A DNA stretch of 64,000 nt. Origin: an uncultured Planctomycetota bacterium. GTDB taxonomy: Bacteria; Planctomycetota; PLA2; JAEUHO01. Position numbers and translations under genes: made by a program. The stretch spans positions 288,001-352,000 of the forward strand of contig CAVVXN010000002.1 of the NCBI GenBank assembly GCA_963752285.1, read 5' to 3'. This document shows positions 58,185-64,000 of this stretch, piece by piece (the first letter of the stretch is position 1; each line of letters opens with the position of its first letter). The notes under the pieces are model-generated. The model was not told where the DNA came from. It did no database searches and saw only the letters and a program-made list of their open reading frames with translations.

Positions 58185-59297
58185 ATGTCCGAGCCCCAGC
58201 CTTCGAGCGCTCCCGAGTCCCGTCGCGAGCTCCACGACGGCGTGTCGGACGGCCTCGTGCCGCTCGAGACGCTGGACCTCGCGGGTGTGGACTCGGTGGA
58301 CGCCCTGCTCCGAGGACTCTCCGCGACCGCTTTCGGGGGACGGGCGCTCGGCGAGGCCGCGGACGTGGTCGAGGCGATGCTTTGCGACCCGGACTGCCTC
58401 GTCGTGCTGACGCTCTCGGGCGCGATGACGATCGCCAAGATGGGCCTCGTCGTCTGCGACATGGTGGACCAGGGCTGGGTACAGGCGATCGTCTCGACGG
58501 GCGCGCTGATGGCGCACGGCTTCGTCGAGGCGACGGGACGCACCCACTTCAAGCACGACCCCGGTCTCTCCGACGACGAGCTGTTCGCGCGAGGCTACGA
58601 CCGCGTCTACGACACGCTGGAGCTGGAGCAGAGCCTGGACGACGTCGAGCCCATCGTCGCGGCCGCCCTGGGCCGCCTGGCTCCGGGCCAGCCCTTCGGG
58701 TCGTACGAGCTGCACGACCTCCTCGGCGCCTGGCTCGCCGCCCACACGGAGGGACGCGGGATCCTGCGCTCCGCCTACGAGCAGCGCGTGCCCGTCTTCG
58801 TCCCGGCCTTCACCGACTCCGAGCTCGGCCTCGACGTGGCCCTCCACGGCCGCCGGTGCCGGAGCCGCGGCGAGGAGCCGCCGCGGTACGACGGCTTCCG
58901 CGACCTCGAGACGTACACGGCGGAGGTCGTGGGCGCTCCGAAGATCGGGATCTTCACGGTGGGGGGCGGCGTCCCGAGGAACTGGGCCCAGCAGGTCGCG
59001 CCGTACCTCGACATCATCGCGAAGCGGCTCCACGAGGAGGTCCCGGCCCGGCGCTTCGCCTACGGGGTGAGGATCTGCCCCGAGCCCGTGCACTGGGGGG
59101 GGCTCTCGGGCTGCACGTACTCGGAGGGCGTCTCGTGGGGGAAGTTCGTCGCACCCCGGGACGGAGGTCGCTACGCCGAGGTCCTGTCCGACGCCACGAT
59201 CGCCTGGCCGCTCCTCTTCCTGGCCGTGCGCGAGCGCCTGGGCGGTGGGAAGGCCCCGGCCCGGTCGTTCGCGTGGAGACTGCCAGCCGCGCGCTGA
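58185..59297 (+). CDS. Deoxyhypusine synthase family protein (probable homospermidine synthase)
   Basis: ATG at 58185 with GAGGAGG; TLSGAM, VSTGA, DRVYD, PAFTDSELG, GGGVPRNW, GGLSGCTYSEGVSWGK (active-site Lys). Confidence 0.92.
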   Translation: MSEPQPSSAPESRRELHDGVSDGLVPLETLDLAGVDSVDALLRGLSATAFGGRALGEAADVVEAMLCDPDCLVVLTLSGAMTIAKMGLVVCDMVDQGWVQAIVSTGALMAHGFVEATGRTHFKHDPGLSDDELFARGYDRVYDTLELEQSLDDVEPIVAAALGRLAPGQPFGSYELHDLLGAWLAAHTEGRGILRSAYEQRVPVFVPAFTDSELGLDVALHGRRCRSRGEEPPRYDGFRDLETYTAEVVGAPKIGIFTVGGGVPRNWAQQVAPYLDIIAKRLHEEVPARRFAYGVRICPEPVHWGGLSGCTYSEGVSWGKFVAPRDGGRYAEVLSDATIAWPLLFLAVRERLGGGKAPARSFAWRLPAAR

Positions 59298-59578
59298 CCA
59301 GCCATATTAACGCGTTGTCAATAGAATAACCGCGCGTTATGTAGGCCTGTGTGGGTCCAGATTTTTGCCTTGCCTGGCGCGACGGATCGGTGACACTTCG
59401 GGGGTCGCCCACCGTGTCATTTCGCGGGGGGTAGGCCCTCCAGTGTTGCGGGCGACCCTGAGAATGACCTGCAGGAATCTGCTCCAACCGGATCCCGTCC
59501 AAGAACGTAGGACCTGACCAGAGCCCTCCGGGCGGATCCGGCCCGACTGTCCAAGTTCACCGCTGTACAGAGGCCCAC

Positions 59579-60370
59579 ATGCTGCGACGCTTCCCCCACC
59601 TCTCCCGCCCCGACGTCCTCGAGCGCCGGCGCCCGTTCCCGATCCTCGACCGCGCCTTCGACGCCGTCGAGCGGGTCCTGGCCCGCCTCGGCGTCGAGGA
59701 TCCCGCCTCGCTCCGCTCGCCCCGACCCGTCGAGGACGCGCTGAGCTCGACGGCGCTGCCCGCCGGCACCCTCCTCATCCTCTCCCCCGCGGAGCTCCGC
59801 GCCGCGGAGGTGGACGTCGAGGAGACCGTCAAGGACGAGCGCTCCGGCGGATCGGTCTTCGTGTCGTTGCCCGACGACGGCAATCTCGACGCGAAGAAGC
59901 GGAGCCTCCGCGAGCTCGCCGTGTCCACGCCGACCTACTGTCTCTCCTCGACCGGCGTGCTCCCTCCGGGCTACTCGCGGCTCCGCCCCGTGCGCACGCC
60001 CGAGGCGCTGCGCGGCTATCACATCCTCCTGGCCGACACGCCCGGCTTCCGCGTCGCCGTCGTTCGTCGCCCGCTCCCCGGCGGCGGCTTCATCGCGCTG
60101 TGGACCGGCAACGAGCAGGCGATCAACGAGGTCGGCGACATCCTGCGTCTCCTCGCGGTGGCCTCCGGCCATCAGGTGCCCGCCGCGGCGCCCAGCGTCC
60201 CGCCCCTCGACGGCGTGGACTCCGAGCACGACGTGTGGAAGCAGGCCGCCGACCTCCGCGCCTACCGCGTCGTCCGCGAGGCGGAGCTCCGCGAGATCGC
60301 ACGCCAGGCCGCCTTGAAGGGCGTGGCCATGCGTAGGGAGCGTGAGGCCAACAAGCGCGCCGCGGGCTAA
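59579..60370 (+). CDS. Hypothetical protein with probable DICT-like sensory domain
   Basis: Coherent ORF; GGFIALWTGNEQAINEV resembles the DICT C-terminal motif; charged helical tail. Confidence 0.55.
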   Translation: MLRRFPHLSRPDVLERRRPFPILDRAFDAVERVLARLGVEDPASLRSPRPVEDALSSTALPAGTLLILSPAELRAAEVDVEETVKDERSGGSVFVSLPDDGNLDAKKRSLRELAVSTPTYCLSSTGVLPPGYSRLRPVRTPEALRGYHILLADTPGFRVAVVRRPLPGGGFIALWTGNEQAINEVGDILRLLAVASGHQVPAAAPSVPPLDGVDSEHDVWKQAADLRAYRVVREAELREIARQAALKGVAMRREREANKRAAG

Positions 60371-60380
60371 CTCCCCCCCT

Positions 60381-60482
60381 TCGGCGCGCTGAGGGCCCCG
60401 TTCGCGGCCCTTCCTCCTCCTTGCGTGCATTCGCACGCGGCGTCGTCGTCAGGACCACTCCTTGGGGCCCTCAGCGCGCCGA
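60381..60482. repeat. 19-bp perfect inverted repeat enclosing a small hairpin (terminator-, REP- or MITE-like)
   Basis: TCGGCGCGCTGAGGGCCCC (60381-60399) pairs with GGGGCCCTCAGCGCGCCGA (60464-60482); inner GCGTGC-ATTC-GCACGC. Confidence 0.75.
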
Positions 60483-60504
60483 TGGCGTGCGGACGGGTGT
60501 GGGC

Positions 60505-60790
60505 GGGCTCGCGGGCCCGCCTTCGGCGGGGCCCGCATCGCGAGGGGCGGCGGGGGGGCGGGCTCGCGGGCCCGCCTTTGGCGGGGCCGCATCGCGGGCG
60601 GGGGCTTGCGGGCCCGCCTTTGGCGGGGCCGCTTCGCGGGGGGCGAGGCGGGGCGGGCTTGCGGGCCCGCCTTTGGCGGGGCCGCTTCGCGGGGGGCGAG
60701 GCGGGGCGGGCTTGCGGGCCCGCCTTCGGCGGGGCCGCGTCGCGGGGCCGCGTCGCGGGGGGGCGTGGCGGGGCCGCTTCGCGGGGGCGC
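60505..60790. repeat. Tandem array of five palindromic REP-like units plus partial copies
   Basis: GGGCTYGCGGGCCCGCCTTYGGCGGGGCC core at 60505, 60560, 60602, 60655 and 60708. Confidence 0.85.
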
Positions 60791-60813
60791 GGGGCGGGGG
60801 GTAGAAGGGGGGG

Positions 60814-61509
60814 ATGGCGGTGTTCGAGGCGAGGGTCGGCGAGCTTTCGCGGTGGGCGCGGGAGCGGGGGTTTCCGGGGGAGGTGGGCGGGCTCGGGCTC
60901 CTCGTGCAGTGGGTGGAGGGGGTCGTCGGGTGCGGGGTGAACCTGACCGGGGTGGCGGACGTCGGGCGGGGGATCGGCGTGCTCGCGGCCTCGGCGTTCG
61001 CGGTCGTGAGGGCCGTGGCGCGGGCGCCACGGCTCGTCGTGGACCTGGGGAGCGGGAACGGGTTGGTCGGCGTCGTCGCGGCCGTCGCCTGGCCCGGCGC
61101 GCGCGTGTGGTTGGTCGAGCGTCGCGCGCGGAAGGCCGAGGCGCTCGCCGCGCTGGTGGGGGCGCTCGGTCCCGCGAACGTCGAGGTCGTCCCGGTGGAC
61201 GGGCGCGCGCTCCTCGCGGTGCGCCCGGACGCCCGGGGCGCCGTGGACCTCGTCACGGTGCGGGCCGTCGGAACGCTCGCCGAGACCACCTCGATCGCGG
61301 CGCCCTGGCTCGCGCCCGGCGGACGCGTGGCGCACTGGAAGGGACGCGGGCTCGACGAGGCCGAGGCCGCCGAGGGCCTCGTGGAGGTGCGTCGCGCCGG
61401 CCTCGTGGCCCGCGAGACGCTGTCGTTCGACGACGAGGTCGGGCCGGCGCGGCTCGTCGTGTACGAGCGCGCGCGCGCGTCGGTGGGCCGGCGACCGAAG
61501 GGAGGTTGA
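60814..61509 (+). CDS. rsmG: 16S rRNA m7G527 methyltransferase (divergent)
   Basis: NLT, VDLGSGNG SAM motif, LVERRARK, VTVRAV, LAPGG..WKG. Confidence 0.8.
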   Translation: MAVFEARVGELSRWARERGFPGEVGGLGLLVQWVEGVVGCGVNLTGVADVGRGIGVLAASAFAVVRAVARAPRLVVDLGSGNGLVGVVAAVAWPGARVWLVERRARKAEALAALVGALGPANVEVVPVDGRALLAVRPDARGAVDLVTVRAVGTLAETTSIAAPWLAPGGRVAHWKGRGLDEAEAAEGLVEVRRAGLVARETLSFDDEVGPARLVVYERARASVGRRPKGG

Positions 61510-61511
61510 GC

Positions 61512-61874
61512 GTGGAGCTCGGTCGGATGCAGTCCGAGGTGGCGGCGCTGATGCGGGGCATCGAGCACCCGCGCCTGGCGGCGGCGCTGGCCCTCGCGGA
61601 AGAGTGTGGCGAGGTCGTGCGTGTCGTTCTCGACCGCGAGGTCTACGGGACGCCCGACGAGGGCCGTCTCGGCGCGGAGGTGGGCGACGTGCTGCTCTCC
61701 CTCCTCGAGCTCTGCGACCGGTACGGCCTCTCGGCGGCCGAGTGCGCGGCGGCGGCCGTCGAGAAGCTCCGGCAGAAGGCGCCCGAGTGGCGGGAGATCC
61801 TCGGCGACCGCCTGGAGCGCCTGCGCCGTCGCCTCGACGGTCCGCCCGACGGCGACGCCTCCGAACCGGCGTGA
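61512..61874 (+). CDS. MazG-like nucleotide pyrophosphohydrolase (single domain)
   Basis: GTG at 61512 with GGAGG; LAEECGEV...AEVGDVL metal-binding motifs. Confidence 0.8.
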   Translation: MELGRMQSEVAALMRGIEHPRLAAALALAEECGEVVRVVLDREVYGTPDEGRLGAEVGDVLLSLLELCDRYGLSAAECAAAAVEKLRQKAPEWREILGDRLERLRRRLDGPPDGDASEPA

Positions 61875-61955
61875 TCGCCGCGCCCGCGGGGCCTTCGAAG
61901 CGGCGTGGACGGTCGTGTCCCGGTGCCTGCGGGGGCCGCGCGTGTTCGCGCGACC

Positions 61956-62378
61956 TCAGCGCGCGTGTTCGCGCGACGCGAGGTCCAGGGTCACGACCGG
62001 CGGGGGGGGCGCGGTGAGGGTGAGGCTCGCGAGGCGTCGGGGGGGCTTCGTGGACCGGTCCCGGACCACGACCGTCACCTCCTGGTGCGCGGGCAGCGGC
62101 GGGAGGACCCACTCGCCGGCACGTCCAGAGGGCCGCGCCTCCTCCGAGACGAGGTCGGGCCCCTCCCGCCAGCGGACCACGACGTCGAGCGAGGCGTCGT
62201 CGGCGTGTCCCGCCAGCCGAAGGCGGGGCGCGGACGTGACCGGTACGGGCGAGAGCAGCAGCGCGACGAAGCCGACCGCCCCGGCCAGGAGGGCCACCAC
62301 CCCGACCCCCACGGCGACGGAGAGCATCGACGGACGGCCCATGCGCGCGCGCTCCTCGTTCGACCGGGGGAGGACCAC
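61956..62378 (-). CDS. Hypothetical membrane-anchored protein
   Basis: N-terminal TM then a beta-rich domain; TAGACT 6 nt upstream of GTG. Confidence 0.6.
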   Translation of the reverse strand: MVLPRSNEERARMGRPSMLSVAVGVGVVALLAGAVGFVALLLSPVPVTSAPRLRLAGHADDASLDVVVRWREGPDLVSEEARPSGRAGEWVLPPLPAHQEVTVVVRDRSTKPPRRLASLTLTAPPPPVVTLDLASREHAR

Positions 62379-62451
62379 GCGGGGAGTCTACGGCCTGTTC
62401 CCGGGCGTGGCCGGGGGCCCCGGTCCCGGCCGCGGCGGCACCGGTCGGCGT

Positions 62452-62709
62452 TCAGCGGAGCGCGACCCGGACGGCCGCCGCGAGGAGGCCCGCGGCGAGC
62501 AGGAGGAGGACGCGCGCGGTCCATCTCCGGTCCGCGACTCCGCGGAGCCAGCGCCACGTCTTCGACGGGGGACCGCCCTCCCCGCGCCGCGCGTCCTGGC
62601 GCCGCACGATCCACACGCGCGCCGCGAGCCAGACGCAGAGCAGCGCGGCCGCGACGAGCCAGGCCGTCTCGGGAGGCATCCGCGGCAGCCCGTCGAGGCG
62701 TGCCGTCAA
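62452..62709 (-). CDS. Small two-TM membrane protein (start TTG 62709 or ATG 62679)
   Basis: AWLVAAALLCVWLA and VLLLLAAGLLAAAV helices; TTG overlaps the upstream stop. Confidence 0.55.
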   Translation of the reverse strand: MTARLDGLPRMPPETAWLVAAALLCVWLAARVWIVRRQDARRGEGGPPSKTWRWLRGVADRRWTARVLLLLAAGLLAAAVRVALR

Positions 62710-64000
62710 GGCGCGCCCACGACGATCTCGGTCGTCTCGCCCGCGCGGACGTCCACCCGGCGGTCGGGGACGATCGGCGCGTCCCGTCCGGGAGCGAGGA
62801 CCTCCACCACGTAGCGGCCGGGCGGGACCCGTCGGGCGCTCTCCCAGCGCGGCGCGCCCGGCACGCGCCGGAGCCGCACGGAACCGGTGCCCACGCCGTC
62901 GGGCGCCACCCGCGCGCCGCCCGGTTCGTCTCGCCCCCGCTCCCAGCGAACGACACGGTCTCCGGTCTCCTCCGCCGCGTTCTCGTCCACCAGCGCGAAG
63001 CGCCCGCCTCGGACTTCGTGCGCGGCGAGGTGGAGCGTCTGACCGGCCGCGAGCGTGCCCGCGAGGAAGAGCGTCGCCCGCGTCTCGTCTCGCGGCTCGA
63101 CCACGGCCTCCACGTCGCCCGCGGGCACGTGCGGGAACGTCGCGCTCGTGCCGAGCCCCGGGAGACAGGTCGTCTGGCGCTCGGGCGCGGGTTCGACGAG
63201 CCGGACGGAAGCGCCGCGCCGCGTCGCGCCCTCCTCGTCGAGGTCCACGACCACCGTTCCCCACGGGGTCTCGTCGAAGGGAACGGCCACGGTGTAGCCC
63301 CGCGGCGCGTCGGCCGTGACCTCCGCCGAGCCGTGCTCGGGCGCGTGGTCCGCGTCGCCCGCGACGCGCACCGCGATCCGGTAGGGCCCCGGGCGCGGGA
63401 GGGCGAACCAGACCGTCGCGTCCTTCACGCGCGTCCAGGTGCCGCGCCACGGCGCCGCGTCGGTCGGGCCCGTGGCGAGGACGTCGTACACGACGGGTCG
63501 CGCCCCCGCGTCGGCGTCCGCCACGTCCGCCTCGATCCACGGGCGCGCGACCGCCGGTCCGAGCACCGCCTCCTGGCCGCCCGCGACGGTCTTCGGCTCG
63601 ACGTCCGCGAAGTCGAGGTGCGGCACGAGCCGGTAGAGCCCCTGGCCCGAGAACGGCACGCGGAACGACCCGTCCTCGGCCACGGTGACGTCGTAGGGCG
63701 CGCGAACCACGGACTGGTCGTCGAGGATCTCGAAGACCTCGAGGCGCCCGCCGAGGTCCGGCGGCGCGAGGTCCCCGTAGAGGACGTGTCCGGGGATCGG
63801 CTTCGACGCCTCGGCCGCGATCTCGACCTCGCGGAGGTAGCCGGGACCGGGCGGCTCGAGCGGCGTTACGCGCGCGGCGACGCCCTCCGCCCCCTCGACG
63901 CGCACGCGGAGCGGGCCTGCCCCCGGGAACACGCGCCACGTGGCGATCTGGGCGGGCCGCGCCACCGCCACGCCTTCTTCCGCGACGACGCGACCGGGCG
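62706..64000 (-). CDS. Beta-sandwich (carboxypeptidase-regulatory-like) repeat protein, 5' end probably beyond the window
   Basis: Repeated DGSFRV, PGPYRIAV, VPAGDVEAV, VPPGRYVVEV...VDVRAGETTEI motifs; frame appears open to the window edge. Confidence 0.65.
   Translation of the reverse strand, partial: PGRVVAEEGVAVARPAQIATWRVFPGAGPLRVRVEGAEGVAARVTPLEPPGPGYLREVEIAAEASKPIPGHVLYGDLAPPDLGGRLEVFEILDDQSVVRAPYDVTVAEDGSFRVPFSGQGLYRLVPHLDFADVEPKTVAGGQEAVLGPAVARPWIEADVADADAGARPVVYDVLATGPTDAAPWRGTWTRVKDATVWFALPRPGPYRIAVRVAGDADHAPEHGSAEVTADAPRGYTVAVPFDETPWGTVVVDLDEEGATRRGASVRLVEPAPERQTTCLPGLGTSATFPHVPAGDVEAVVEPRDETRATLFLAGTLAAGQTLHLAAHEVRGGRFALVDENAAEETGDRVVRWERGRDEPGGARVAPDGVGTGSVRLRRVPGAPRWESARRVPPGRYVVEVLAPGRDAPIVPDRRVDVRAGETTEIVVGAP

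Noticed and set aside
59455..59515. TPP riboswitch (CTGAGA...CGTAGG resemblance)
   Set aside because: The core GAACCTGAT and TAAT/GCG elements are absent and the downstream gene is not thiamine-related
60505..60790. CRISPR array
   Set aside because: Linkers are short, G-rich and nearly identical rather than unique spacers, and no cas genes are present
59298..60813. Replication origin (suggested by rsmG, parA, gyrA, the atp operon and a local skew switch)
   Set aside because: No DnaA boxes (TTATCCACA) seen, no dnaA, dnaN or parB, and the skew change is only local

Overview
Very GC-rich bacterial chromosomal DNA, roughly 70-75% GC by eye. It is probably an uncultured Planctomycetota; this is inferred from AtpD '[14 protein letters not shown]' and GyrA 'GNYHPHG..VYPTLVR' and was not checked by search. 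Contents in order: an F1Fo ATP synthase operon (atpZ-I-B-E-F-H-A-G-D, minus strand, atpD truncated); an LPS lipid A/heptose/core cluster (LpxL-type acyltransferase, DHS-fold protein coupled to hldE, adenylyltransferase-LPS kinase fusion, gmhB, WaaP-type kinase, two GT4, GT9); a MoxR AAA+ ATPase followed by two giant secreted, membrane-anchored proteins (1129 and 2482 aa) built from three copies of one ~1000-aa module; pyrBI; an iodotyrosine-deiodinase-like nitroreductase; an alpha/beta hydrolase, orphan parA and truD; two secreted repeat proteins; gyrA; a frameshifted M48-TPR protease; an HcrCAB-like molybdoenzyme with a Glu-to-Gln active-site change; a thioredoxin-TPR protein and a degenerate RluA; four type IV minor pilins including a 1376-aa pilin with ~13 Ca-binding-like loops; a 43-aa small ORF; a deoxyhypusine-synthase-family gene; a structured intergenic region; a DICT-like protein; a palindromic repeat array; rsmG, a MazG-like gene and membrane proteins. 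Twelve genes carry a TANNNT -10 box only 6-10 nt before the start codon, consistent with leaderless transcription. No rRNA, tRNA, CRISPR array or transposase was seen. The best candidates for an undescribed system are the MoxR/tri-modular envelope complex (17.4-29.5 kb) and the giant-pilin tip cluster (49.9-57.8 kb). Most long ORFs in the supplied track are GC-rich shadow ORFs.
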